A stretch of 64,000 nucleotides of DNA from an uncultured Nitrososphaeraceae archaeon (lineage in GTDB: Archaea; Thermoproteota; Nitrososphaeria; Nitrososphaerales; Nitrososphaeraceae), in the NCBI GenBank assembly GCA_963779615.1, contig CAVZZA010000001.1, positions 32,001 through 96,000 on the forward strand, given 5' to 3'. Within the stretch, counting starts at the first letter, position 1. Each line of letters begins with the position of its first letter. The notes beneath the pieces are model-generated. The model made no database searches. It was not told where the DNA came from and worked only from the letters and a program-made list of their open reading frames with translations. The translations under genes were made by a program, and so were the position numbers. Of the stretch, positions 51,761-62,709 are shown piece by piece.

Positions 51761-52416
51761 ATGCTTTTATCCTTATTTATTTTGAAAATAAGTTTTATCA
51801 CATATTTTGAGTATGACAATAACCTTCACAGTACAAGACTGGTGAAAAAGCCAAAATATTTTTTATGATTTAATTGTATTAATAAATGACCTTTTCATTT
51901 TGTTTTCTTTCTTATAAGAATATCTTTAAGTTTTGTTTTGCCCTTATACACTCCAAACAAGACTTGCTGCCTTCAACAAGACTTGATTTTAATTTTTCAA
52001 TGTGCGTATTTGATCACCCATATCCTATTGACATGATAAAAAAATCTTTCTTTAATTTATTATGAAAGTTTTGCATATTACTTTAATGCCAACAGCAGAT
52101 GCTAATTCATTTAAAATAAAGGAGTTAAACAGACATATCTACAAGTATTAAGGTTGCCGAACTTTTTTGGGCAGCGCCTTTCCATCCCTATTAAGGATTT
52201 CACTACTATCAAATATTGTAGAATATCAGTCTTAATGGCGAATAACTACCCTAAATTACTTACAGCCCCATTAGTGAATTTTTTTATCATGAAGACAGAG
52301 CACAGTGATTATTCTTTTTATGATCAAAAAGGATTTCATTAATACGCAATTTTTAGTGATTTAACTATAGATACCAAATCAATTATCTATATCCATGTAA
52401 TATGATATTAGAGGGC

Positions 52417-52479
52417 ACGGCCATTTGACGGCCATTTGACGGCCATTTGACGGCCATTTGACGGCCATTTGACGGCCAT
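52417..52479. repeat. 11-bp tandem repeat (ACGGCCATTTG) x5 plus 8 nt
   Basis: Perfect head-to-tail copies read directly from the sequence; intergenic. Confidence 0.95.
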
Positions 52480-52550
52480 GCAAATTATTGAATTCCAGAA
52501 TGTAATTGTCAATATAGAGGTTTTACTAACGAGTATTTGGAGATCTACAC

Positions 52551-52796
52551 TTAATCTACTCTGTACAAAGTTAGATCTTCACTTGACAAAGTAAACCACA
52601 ATGTATTTCCATCAAATCTTTGAACATATTTTTTTGGTATGTAAAATCGCTCCTTAGTCAAAGTTCCCTTTTGTGTGGTAATGCTTTCTTTGTCTACATG
52701 TTGTATTTCTCCAAGATCTATATCATTATAGCCTCTTGCTTCTTTTTTTATAACATCACTCCAATTAATATTTGACCCATGATCATTATTTTCCAT
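52551..52796 (-). CDS. single-module PRC-barrel/DUF2171-like protein, paralog of 15157-15864
   Basis: INWSDVIKKEARG...DLGEIQ...FYIPK..V..FDGNTLWF. Confidence 0.75.
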   Translation of the reverse strand: MENNDHGSNINWSDVIKKEARGYNDIDLGEIQHVDKESITTQKGTLTKERFYIPKKYVQRFDGNTLWFTLSSEDLTLYRVD

Positions 52797-53586
52797 GATA
52801 TAATATATTCAGCATATATTATATCTATAATGAAAATAATTTGCATAAGAATGATACATTTATTATAAAATATGTATTTTCTCTCATAAAGAATTAAAAA
52901 CGCAGATTTCTACCAGAATAAAATAACTAATCCAACATAATATACGGTGTTTTATTTAACGTTATAACGATAAGATGATAAAAAAATCCATATTTAGATA
53001 TTGATTTTAAATACGAATGATATAAGAAAGAATTCATTTATTTTCCAACTCAACAGTTTACTCAATATATGTTCTTTTTTTGATTATATCACTTTTAAAA
53101 ATCCCCATAACACACAACATAATGTCATACATTCATGGTGTTATCCTCAATACATTTTTTGAAACTTTTTTCACACTATTAATTTTATTGCATTTTCATA
53201 GCCCCATAAAAGACCCGGCATCATTTTCACATTTCCGTTCTACCAATGGTTTTCTTGAAAATATCGGTTAAATAAATTGGTGTATTAATACTGGTCACAT
53301 TTATTTGGTTATTTTGTATTTTAGGGTTGACATCAAGCATTTGATTTAATTGTTCATATTATTGTTGAAAAAGTCATATCAATATTTAAGTTATTGTCAC
53401 TCTATACCAATAATTTCAGTTCGTGGCAAATAATAATATCTCCAAATCTCAATATTAAAGCAATCCATATCCATCACAATAAAACCCTCCCTCGGATAAT
53501 GAGATCGTCAAAAAAATTATAATAAAGATAAAGATTAAATAAATTTTGATAAAATTTTTTCAATATGTAAATAAATATAAGAATAA

Positions 53587-53847
53587 TTAAATTACTTCTA
53601 TAGAGTCTTTTTGAAAGCCCTTTGATAAAAGAAATTCGGTTACTTTAGATCTATGATCACCCTGTAATACAATTATTCCATTTTTGGATGTACCACCTGT
53701 ACCTATAGATTTTTTCAATTCATGGGCGGTGGAATCGATCTGCTCCATATTAGTAAAGCCTTTAATAGTTGTTACACGTTTACCCCGTTTAATTACATCT
53801 AGTTGAACAATTATTTTAATTTCATCTTCATCTAATTTCTTTAGCAT
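53587..53847 (-). CDS. sui1: translation initiation factor aIF1/SUI1 homolog
   Basis: 'GKRVTTIKG', 'LKK..GTGGT.KNG.I.LQGDHR'. Confidence 0.9.
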   Translation of the reverse strand: MLKKLDEDEIKIIVQLDVIKRGKRVTTIKGFTNMEQIDSTAHELKKSIGTGGTSKNGIIVLQGDHRSKVTEFLLSKGFQKDSIEVI

Positions 53848-53937
53848 GTCGCCAAAGGAGTTCTCATCCTCATAATTTTTTTCTAATATACTTATAGTAA
53901 AATACTAAAGCTATATAAATTATTATTTATAAAAATC

Positions 53938-54615
53938 GGTGCTGTTAACTTAAGCGTATATTACCTTCTTGTTGTGCATTCTTACAAACAGGTTGAGCCT
54001 TTTCGACATGGTGAAGGCTGCATCCTGCTTTCCTGCATGGAAAACAGTCGTCAAACCCTTCTGTCCTGTCCTTGATGCACTGCATGGTTCTTTCAATCAG
54101 GCTTTTCTCAAAAGGGGAATGGATATGGTGATTTAGATGCAGGAACCGGCATGCCTGAGGATACCATGCGCCTCCGTCCGTTGAAACCGGATGCTTTCCG
54201 TGAGCCTTGACCAGGCCAAAGATAAACCTTTCCGCAACAAGCATGTTTCTCTCTTTGGATATGGCCAGTGCGAGAATCCGCCGGTCTTTTGGCTCGATGG
54301 CAACCCAAAGCCAAACAAGCTCCGAACCTGTCTTGATAAGGGCCTCATCCACAACATACTCTGAAATCCTTTTCCTTGATCCCGTCTTTCTTCCCGGTCT
54401 GTATTTCTGAATCCACTTCCATACCGCAACGTGGCTTCTCTTGACAATGTGTAGGCAAGACAACGCCCTGGCGACGACGTTTCTCAATGACAGGCCAAGA
54501 AAGCACGGATGACAAACCGTGGCCAATGTGTTCTGATGGAGTCCTGCTTCTCTTAATGGGCATACAGGAAATGGACATCCTCAAGCTACAGGATTTTCGT
54601 TAAGTTAACAGGGCC
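53938..54615 (-). mobile_element. IS6-family element, GC-rich copy, transposase frameshifted at both ends
   Basis: TIRs GGTGCTGTTAACTTAA / TTAAGTTAACAGGGCC; perfect 8-bp TSD TAAAAATC (53930-53937, 54616-54623); DDE ORF 53945-54526. Confidence 0.92.
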
Positions 54616-54680
54616 TAAAAATCATTTTAACATTATTATAATAATATCGCATAAAACCAATAAGCGTATTATTTAATACA

Positions 54681-54707
54681 ATTAGAAGTTGTCAAGTAAA
54701 CAGAGCC
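54681..54707 (+). mobile_element. orphan IS6 right-end relic
   Basis: ATTAGAAGTTGTCAAGTAAACAGAGCC resembles the 3' ends of the IS6 copies ending at 4888 and 33245. Confidence 0.5.
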
Positions 54708-54751
54708 AGCATAAAACAAAACATTATGCCGTTAAAGAATTGGAATAGTTA

Positions 54752-55717
54752 TTAGGATGTACGGATGTTCTCAATATCTTTTTTAGCCGAATCGCCTAAT
54801 CCAGTCTTTAGATTTTGCAAATAAGCAACAGTTGCACCCAGATTCCCAAAACCCATAGAATTCAACGTTTCGGATGGAATCATTATTATAGTATTTTCGT
54901 GGATTTTCATTGTTTCATATAGCATATTGGACATCCTTAATGCATATGCAACCGGATTATCAGAATATATCCTAGACGCATCAAGAAATTTTTGAGCTAC
55001 CAGTATTTCGGATTCCCCATAGGTTACTCGTGCTTGTTTTTCGCGTTCAGCTTGGGCTTGCATTGACATAGCTGATTCCAATTCTTGCGGTATTATCACC
55101 TGTCTAATTTCAACACCTGTTACCATTATTCCCCAATTATTAGACTCTTTTGCAATTAGGGATTTGATATGTTGGTTAATTTCTTCCCTCTTAGAAAGTA
55201 TTTCCTGAAACAATGAAGCGCCAATATTGTTACGTAATGTTGTTTGCGAAACCTGCTTTATCATCTCATTAAAATTTTCAACATTTAACAAAGCGTCATT
55301 AGCTCGCTCTTCAATTATTTTATATCTAAGAATTGCGTCAATCGTTACGGGTACATTGTCTTTTGTAAGCATTCTTTCTGCATTGAATTCTCTCACCCGT
55401 TCACGTATATCAATCACTAAAACATTATCTATAAGGGGAATTCTAACATGAATCCCAGGTATTACCCGCTTTTTAAAATTTCCTAATCTTAGTATTATCG
55501 CTCGTTCATATTGATTGATAATTATTAAAAAAGAAGAAATGATTAAAATGATACCAGCTATCAGTAATATATATAGTATCACTTCCATATGGGTAAATAA
55601 TTTTATCCATATTGAAATAATTAAAAGTAATACTCCAAATACTATTTGGATACCAGAACCTTTCTTAGTAATTACATCATTAGTAAATAAATTACTGATA
55701 TTTTTTGAAGCAGACAT
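54752..55717 (-). CDS. SPFH/band 7 (stomatin-like) membrane protein
   Basis: 'QYER..ILRLG', 'LTKDNV.V.IDA', 'QTTLR', 'QAQAERE'. Confidence 0.93.
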   Translation of the reverse strand: MSASKNISNLFTNDVITKKGSGIQIVFGVLLLIISIWIKLFTHMEVILYILLIAGIILIISSFLIIINQYERAIILRLGNFKKRVIPGIHVRIPLIDNVLVIDIRERVREFNAERMLTKDNVPVTIDAILRYKIIEERANDALLNVENFNEMIKQVSQTTLRNNIGASLFQEILSKREEINQHIKSLIAKESNNWGIMVTGVEIRQVIIPQELESAMSMQAQAEREKQARVTYGESEILVAQKFLDASRIYSDNPVAYALRMSNMLYETMKIHENTIIMIPSETLNSMGFGNLGATVAYLQNLKTGLGDSAKKDIENIRTS

Positions 55718-55910
55718 TTATATAATATCCCAAAACAAATAGAAAAACTTATCCAAATTGGATATTCATAGGGGGCTGAATTAAAAAAGAGTAGTTAATT
55801 AAAAAAATCTTTATGGGCATTACGTAATCATTATCTCATTATTATAATAGTCAACAAATATAGATTGAGCTAATTTATCACATATGCTTTAATCTACACC
55901 TTTTTTATTC

Positions 55911-55967
55911 TGCAATGAGGGCAATAGTCATCAAATCAGCAGCATTGAAGACCGTCTTTGATGCATT
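55911..55967 (-). pseudogene. short IS6 transposase relic
   Basis: Minus strand reads QCIKD.....*FDDYCP, resembling QYIKDRTESFDDYFPC. Confidence 0.4.
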
Positions 55968-55990
55968 GTATTTATTTAATTACACACAAA

Positions 55991-56362
55991 TTAAGTTATT
56001 TGTATAGAAATAACGATAAATTTACCTTTTCTCAGAGTAAATAGAGATGCAAGTTTAGCTGTAATTCCATATTTTTTATTTCTCAAATTAACAATTCGTG
56101 CAAATTCCCTAAATTCTGCAAATTTAGCAGTCCCACGGACCCATTCCCCCTTTGATCCACCTCTAAAACCACAAGGCATAATCCTTACATTCGGATTATT
56201 CTTCAACCGTTTAACCTTTCCTGTAGAAGATCGTGTTACAACAAAAATTAAATTATTTTCAATTACAAACCAAACGGGTGTTGAAATAGATTTCCCATTT
56301 TTTTTATAGGTTTCAAGATTTATGTATTTATAATCATCAAATTGATGAACATCTACTGACAC
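55991..56362 (-). CDS. PPOX-class F420-dependent oxidoreductase
   Basis: 'YINLETYKKNG...TPVWF', 'GKVKRL.NNP.V...PC..RG'. Confidence 0.9.
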   Translation of the reverse strand: MSVDVHQFDDYKYINLETYKKNGKSISTPVWFVIENNLIFVVTRSSTGKVKRLKNNPNVRIMPCGFRGGSKGEWVRGTAKFAEFREFARIVNLRNKKYGITAKLASLFTLRKGKFIVISIQIT

Positions 56363-56637
56363 ACTAAATTTTAAATTTTAAAAGTTATAAAGAATTTGTA
56401 ACAACAGAGAGAAGACATCCAAAATTCAATACATTATCATCAATATACTTTAAAGATAATAAGGGCTTTCTTCTTGCCTTTTAAGACAGCATATCAATTC
56501 ATTTTATAATTTACACAAAATTCCTCTTAAAACCACCAAACGCCTATTACAGATTCCATAATTTACGCATTTTTATTATAAAAATAACATCGTTAATTTG
56601 ACTACAAATTATTATAATATGTTATTGAATATTAAAT

Positions 56638-56832
56638 ATGAGCGAAAATAATTTTAACGGTAAAAAAAACAAGGAATTAGATCCGAATAGCAAAGAACGC
56701 AATCTACAGGAATATAACAGTAATGATAAAGATCATAATCCTGAAAATCAAAATGGACAGGATCAGTCTCAAAAACAAAAGCTACATGGGCACAAGGAGC
56801 ATGATCACAATGACACTTGCAATTGTGGTTAA
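56638..56832 (+). CDS. small hydrophilic protein with His/Cys-rich tail
   Basis: N/Q/D-rich body ending HGHKEHDHNDTCNCG. Confidence 0.55.
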   Translation: MSENNFNGKKNKELDPNSKERNLQEYNSNDKDHNPENQNGQDQSQKQKLHGHKEHDHNDTCNCG

Positions 56833-57077
56833 AAAACCAACCAATTTTCTGTAAAACCATTTATATCAAATACAGAAAATAAACAAAAAATTCATTGATT
56901 GTTATTGCATTACAAAAGGTATTTGAAGGAAGAAACAATCATAAAAGAAAATAAATGATTCGTTTACTTGCTGTGAAATTATCTTTAGCAAAAAGTAATT
57001 GTTACAATAGTGCCAAATCAATATAAATTACAGATAACGCAAATAATGGATACAATAAAACAGAAAAAGAAAAAAAA

Positions 57078-57248
57078 CTATTTTATAGCATTTTTTACTT
57101 TTTCATATAATTCCGGGGGTATCTCCTCAAAATTATGAACATTTTTAGCATGCTCCTTTATTTTATTCAAAAGATCCTCATTATTTTCGGCAGAGGCAGA
57201 CCAATTACAATTTACGCCTGCATCAGAACATGTAAAACTTTTTTCCAT
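57078..57248 (-). CDS. DUF1059 small metal-binding protein
   Basis: 'F.C.DAG..C.W....E...L...I.EHA...H'. Confidence 0.88.
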   Translation of the reverse strand: MEKSFTCSDAGVNCNWSASAENNEDLLNKIKEHAKNVHNFEEIPPELYEKVKNAIK

Positions 57249-57363
57249 AAGTCCTAATCCTAACAATAGTATTTAAGTAATTATTCACATTGAAAAAACA
57301 TAGAGGATCTTTTACCATAATCTATACTAATATATACACATATTTTGATAAAAATACATATAC

Positions 57364-58677
57364 ATGTCTCCTTTTAGTTTTTTTAAAAAAAAAGATAAAG
57401 ATATTTCTAAAATCAATACCAAGGTATTTAACAGATCTAACTCATCATCCCAATCTGACGATATAATTACCATTGATTTTGCATTGGAAGAAATAAACAA
57501 AAAGGAAGTGAATATTATAAAAAATCAATTAGAAAAATTAAGAAAGACATGTGAGGAAACAATACAATCTTACGAGATTATCAACAATATAGCAGAAAAC
57601 CTTGAAATAGAAGAAATTAATGCGGAAAACGATAAATTAACTCCCTTAGTCAATAATACAAAAAAAGTCATTGTAAAATCATTAAAACGCGAATCCTCAA
57701 ACGAGCTACAAATACCAGAATCATTTGAGGATTTAGTAAAGTTCAAGGAAACGATATTTTCATCCATTAACAGGTTTGGGGAAGTTACTAGTTCACATAG
57801 TACAGTAATAAACACATTCATGAAAAAGCACGCTAATAACCTACGCAGCGAGCTAAAAAGGATCACAGGGAAATCTGAAAAAATTAATGAGTATTATAAA
57901 TATATTTTAGAAGATAAAGAAATAATAGACGATTGCAAAAATAACTTGCTAGAGCTTTCAAACAAAATAAAAGAGATTAGCAACAATAACAATATACAAG
58001 ACTCATTAAATCAAAAAATAAAAGAAATAGAGAATGAAAACAATTTAAAAGAAAAAGAAATAAAACAATTAAGAGCTTTACCGTCATACAACAAAAGTTT
58101 AGATCTCTTAAAAGAGATAGAAAATTTGGAAAATGAAAAAGAAATACAGATACAAGGCATTTATGAAATTACACATCAGTTATCAAAAGCAGCCCACAAA
58201 TACTCATACGGTACTTCAAAAGGGACAAAAGAGATAATAAATATCATAATAAAAGACCCTGTCAAAATAGTGAACGAAACAGATATTTCTCCTTATGTGG
58301 CATTTTTAAATAATCTAAAAGAATCAATAATCTCCAATAAAATACTATTAAAAGATTCAAACAAGGTTATACAGAATTGCGAAAAAATGATCGAAGCATT
58401 ACCAAGATTTAAAGTTGAAACAAAAGAAATCATTTCCAAAATAAAATACCTAAAAGAACACAACAAAAATTCACCCTTAGAAAAAACCAAAAAAATTGAA
58501 GATACAGTAAATGAAAATAAAAAAATAATACATGATGAAAATTTAAGGAGGGAAGAAATTAGGAGGGAAGAAATACAGGAAGAGGATAGACTAAAACAAT
58601 TAACCAATAAAATAGAAGAGCAGTTGTTTCTCATTTGCAAAAAAAAGTATAAAATAGACTCTACACAAATACAATAA
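57364..58677 (+). CDS. coiled-coil protein of unknown function
   Basis: 437 aa, E/K/I/N heptads; 15-bp tandem duplication at 58546-58574 (RREEI x2). Confidence 0.75.
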   Translation: MSPFSFFKKKDKDISKINTKVFNRSNSSSQSDDIITIDFALEEINKKEVNIIKNQLEKLRKTCEETIQSYEIINNIAENLEIEEINAENDKLTPLVNNTKKVIVKSLKRESSNELQIPESFEDLVKFKETIFSSINRFGEVTSSHSTVINTFMKKHANNLRSELKRITGKSEKINEYYKYILEDKEIIDDCKNNLLELSNKIKEISNNNNIQDSLNQKIKEIENENNLKEKEIKQLRALPSYNKSLDLLKEIENLENEKEIQIQGIYEITHQLSKAAHKYSYGTSKGTKEIINIIIKDPVKIVNETDISPYVAFLNNLKESIISNKILLKDSNKVIQNCEKMIEALPRFKVETKEIISKIKYLKEHNKNSPLEKTKKIEDTVNENKKIIHDENLRREEIRREEIQEEDRLKQLTNKIEEQLFLICKKKYKIDSTQIQ

Positions 58678-58772
58678 AAATTCTGAAACGCCCCCCAATA
58701 AAATAGAAGAACCCAGAAGAATAACAACATAAAAGGAATTGGCTTCCCAATTCAATTACAAAATTCTCAATG

Positions 58773-59324
58773 TTAGGTCCTTGTTAACCTATTTATTATT
58801 TCTTCATGGCAGGGAAATAATTTTTTTAATTTATTTCTCACACCCAATTCAAAATCTCTAAAGTCAAACCCTGGAGAAACAGAACAACCAACAAGAGAAT
58901 AGGAAGACTTGTCATTGATCTCTGCACCAAACCATGTGTTACCCTTTATAACACATTGAATGTTTTCATTTTTGTCCAGATCATTTCCTAATTGTATATT
59001 CAAAAGTTTACCACTGTCAGTCAATACATACAAACTAACTGAACTCCCCTTGTAAAAATGCCAAATTTCATCATATTTAACTCTATGAAATGCAGAAAAC
59101 TGATCGCCATCTAAAAGATAATAAATCAAAGTAAAGATAGAACGAAGATCAGGTGATTCGTTGTCAAGTTTTGGACTATAAACAATATCTTGTGGACTTT
59201 TATCATTATGAATATTAATTGAAATATGTTGAGAGGACCTATATGTTTCTCGATAATAACCCCCTTCTTCAATAAGTTTTACCAAATTCAATTTATTAAT
59301 TATATATTCTGATTCTCGATGCAT
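58773..59324 (-). CDS. cupin_5 (DUF985) protein
   Basis: 'EGGYYRETYRS', 'IYYLL', 'FHRV..DEIWHFY.G', 'C.VSPGFDF.DFE'. Confidence 0.92.
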   Translation of the reverse strand: MHRESEYIINKLNLVKLIEEGGYYRETYRSSQHISINIHNDKSPQDIVYSPKLDNESPDLRSIFTLIYYLLDGDQFSAFHRVKYDEIWHFYKGSSVSLYVLTDSGKLLNIQLGNDLDKNENIQCVIKGNTWFGAEINDKSSYSLVGCSVSPGFDFRDFELGVRNKLKKLFPCHEEIINRLTRT

Positions 59325-59383
59325 ATAAATAAAAAATATTTAAGAATTAAAAAGATATGTTTTAAAATCATTGAAAATAGTAA

Positions 59384-60523
59384 TTATTCCGTATATACGG
59401 TTTTCCCTTCTGCAATTGACATAATGGGATAACTAGCTAATGAAAAAGGATCTCCGTTCCAAACAACAAATGAAGATTTAAAGCCAAGCCTTATTTGGCC
59501 CAGATCATGGACTCCTATTATATCAGCATACTCCTTAGTGATTTTCGATATAGCTTCAGCCTTTGATAAACCAAACCGTAACAGGTGTCTTAATGAATAA
59601 AACATATTTCTTTGTAGAATAACAGGATGGTCACTCATTAACGCAAATTTTGCCTTAGCATCGATAAGAGATTTTACGTTTCGCCAACTTTCATGTTTTA
59701 AGATCCACCTTATAGGGAAAACAATCCAAAGGGCCATAGATTATTGATATATTATTCAAATTTAAAGACGAGAGAAAACATCTTTTCTGTAAACATCCAT
59801 GCAATGGTTTGCAATCGCATCTAATCCAAACTCCCTTACCATCTGTATTAACAACATTGCATCATCTTCTTTGTGCAAGTGTGCCATCACTTTGTATCTC
59901 TTTGAAAGAATATCTAAAAATATTTCAGATAAAGGATCAATCTCATTGATATCTTTTTTGTTTTTATTAATTAAATTTTGAAGTTTTTTGGCTTTAAATT
60001 ATCCCGAAGAACAGCCATAGCACACATCCTTGTTGAGGGCCTTTCGACTTTCCATTCAGTTGTACTTCTAGGGTTGAATCATAATGCCAATTTTATGCCG
60101 ATGTCCCTTACAAACGCTTTTTCGATATTTTTTTCAAAATTACGTAGGAATACCGCTTTACCCCCACAATATTTCCACTTCCAGGTAAAACTATAGAATA
60201 AAGAACACCATTTTCAACAGACTCGGTAAAAGACACATCGTCCATGTATATACTATGCAAGGCATTTATTAATGGGGAGATTGGATGCATGCGATCATTA
60301 GACTCATCCTCATCTGCAGATTCCCCTGCCCTCACCATTCCAATATGGCGGTGTAAGTCGATTAAAGCAAGAGTCGCTACCACATCCTCTGCAATGATTT
60401 CAACATCACTTTGTATCGGTTTTTCTGAATCAGTATAAGTGATTTTGTCATCCTCAAAGCCTACATAATAAGTATTTTTTCACTGATGCCATCAAACAAT
60501 TTCTTTGATTTAATTACCTTCAC
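59384..60523 (-). pseudogene. amidohydrolase (imidazolonepropionase-like) pseudogene
   Basis: IDLHRHIG, LPGSGN, 'AL*FNPRST..WK..RPSTRM', AHLHKEDD, SDHPV, VVWNGDPF spread over several frames with an in-frame TGA. Confidence 0.85.
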
Positions 60524-60666
60524 ATCATTTCTAGTAATTGATTCAATAAATATTATGTAACATTTTATCCAAAATGCATTAACATTAAAAATATTTTAGT
60601 GACAACAATTCAAATTTAAAATCAACTATAAAGAAATAATGCAAAAAAAAGAAACAAAAAAATATA

Positions 60667-61716
60667 TTGCAAATAAAAGGTTGTACACAGTTGCCAAACA
60701 AGCAAAATCAAGTCTCTATTTCTTTAAGAATACCAACAGTAATTGTTTTTGTAAGCTTTCTGATTATTTTCACCATGATGTCAACAAACGCTCATGCACA
60801 AGTTTTACAAGGCAATAGTAGTCATGGCTTTTATATTCAAAATTATTCCACATATCAGGATTCAGATAAAAACAAAATAATAGTTGGATCTGTTGCTGGT
60901 CCTCACAATTTAACTTTGACGTCGCCTTTAGAAATAACAATAGGATTAAATGTTTATAACGATTCTTCTAAAAGATACGACATCATTAAGGAACAGCCAT
61001 TTAAAAGACTAACATATGATATTAATGAACCGGTACCCTTCAAGTTCACAATAAATCAAAGCAAATATCACATAAAATCAGACTCTGTTCCTTTTATATA
61101 TTACATTAAAAAGGCAGAAGTACAATCACCAAAAATCAACACATTTACATTAAAATACAACGAAGCCCTTTTAGGCCCATCTAAAGAATTGTATGGCACC
61201 GTTAAGAATACTGCCCCCAATACAATTAAAAACTTAACTTTATACGCAATAGTTCATGACAAAAACGGTGCTCAAGTGGATTCTGTCAAAACAAAAATCC
61301 CAATCATCAAATCACAAGATACTGTAAATTTCAGCTTTATACCTGACAAGGCCATAAAGGATCTCGTTCTCATCTACAGTTGTGTTGGAGGGGAGCTAGA
61401 AGATATAAATGCCTATCAATTAATTCACATATCGCATAATAAAACTCTACGCTACAAATTTTCTGGTTTTATGGAAATTAATTCATTAAACTATGACAAT
61501 AAAACAGATCAACTCAGCATAAAAGTAAATAATATCTACCCCATTTCCAGCTCCTTATCATTACAATTAATACCTGAGCAACAAAATCCCCTATCTATTA
61601 AAATAGATGGACATATTCTTGATTCAAAGATCTCAAATGGCAACAAAACAACCATTGTGGATTTGCTCATACCCCAAGGAGAACATGAAATTAATATTAA
61701 CAATATTAATAAATAA
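60667..61716 (+). CDS. secreted protein with FxLYD-like Ig domain
   Basis: Signal peptide ending AHA-Q; 'GTVKN.....LYAIVHDKNG'. Confidence 0.7.
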   Translation: MQIKGCTQLPNKQNQVSISLRIPTVIVFVSFLIIFTMMSTNAHAQVLQGNSSHGFYIQNYSTYQDSDKNKIIVGSVAGPHNLTLTSPLEITIGLNVYNDSSKRYDIIKEQPFKRLTYDINEPVPFKFTINQSKYHIKSDSVPFIYYIKKAEVQSPKINTFTLKYNEALLGPSKELYGTVKNTAPNTIKNLTLYAIVHDKNGAQVDSVKTKIPIIKSQDTVNFSFIPDKAIKDLVLIYSCVGGELEDINAYQLIHISHNKTLRYKFSGFMEINSLNYDNKTDQLSIKVNNIYPISSSLSLQLIPEQQNPLSIKIDGHILDSKISNGNKTTIVDLLIPQGEHEININNINK

Positions 61717-62064
61717 CAATTATTTTTTTTCAATTACTTAATAACAAATATGGAATACAAAACAACCTTGATTTATTCTATTGTTTTTGTTTATTCCCAA
61801 TAGAAACAATAATGAAAACAACAAAGACAAATCAAACACGAACCAATATTAAAAAAAATTTTTGCATATCAGTAGGAAGTAGTTTTCAAAGGAACAACAA
61901 CAAAAAACCATAACGGTATTTTTCCTTGTCTTCAATGGAAAAATCCATTAATTAAATGAAAATAATCTACCCTACATTCATTTAATTGAATTTTAATCCA
62001 CAGGAATAAATAAAATAAAATAAAATAAAAAGTTTATCTTTGATTCTTCATTACATACTTAAAA

Positions 62065-62526
62065 TTGAACAAGTTCAAAAAAATACTAGTTACCATTGAT
62101 GGGTCACCTCAATCGATGAAAGCTGTCGATTATGCAATAAATATTGCTAAAAAATATGAATCTGAACTTATTGCTTTACACGTTTTATATTCACAAATAG
62201 GGTTTGCTTTTTACACCGAAACTGCAACAGGTTTGATCACTCCAAATTCAATAAATGAACTAATAGAGCAGGCAAAAAAGGAAGCAGAGAAATGGTTTGA
62301 TGAAATTCAAGAAAAATGCAAGAATGCAAAATTGCAGGTCAAAACAGAAGCAGTCATTACCGCCATTTCAGTAGCTGAAGCAATAATCAGTTATTCTGAA
62401 AAAGAAAATATCGACCTCATAGTTATAGGTTCCAGAGGTAGATCGGCATTTAGAAAACTCATTTTAGGTAGTGCAGCATCAGGGATTATGACTTTTGCGC
62501 ATTGTCCTGTAATGGTAATAAAGTAA
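62065..62526 (+). CDS. universal stress protein (UspA family)
   Basis: 'KILV.IDGS..S', 'DLIVIGSRG', 'LGS.A', 'A.CPVMVIK'. Confidence 0.95.
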   Translation: MNKFKKILVTIDGSPQSMKAVDYAINIAKKYESELIALHVLYSQIGFAFYTETATGLITPNSINELIEQAKKEAEKWFDEIQEKCKNAKLQVKTEAVITAISVAEAIISYSEKENIDLIVIGSRGRSAFRKLILGSAASGIMTFAHCPVMVIK

Positions 62527-62709
62527 ATATAATTGATTTTTGTTAATCATATGTTTATCCATTAATTCCAATTTATTGTGTCTTTATACAAAATAATTAG
62601 TTTGAGATTAAGGATAAATCGTTGTTTGCCATATTTTTTAATATATTTCATTTTGATAAAAATATAAAATCCTTGTCACAACCTTCATAATTCTTCAATA
62701 GAATTTATC

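Noticed and set aside
52417-52479. CRISPR array
   Set aside because: 11-bp units with no spacers and no cas genes; a simple tandem repeat.
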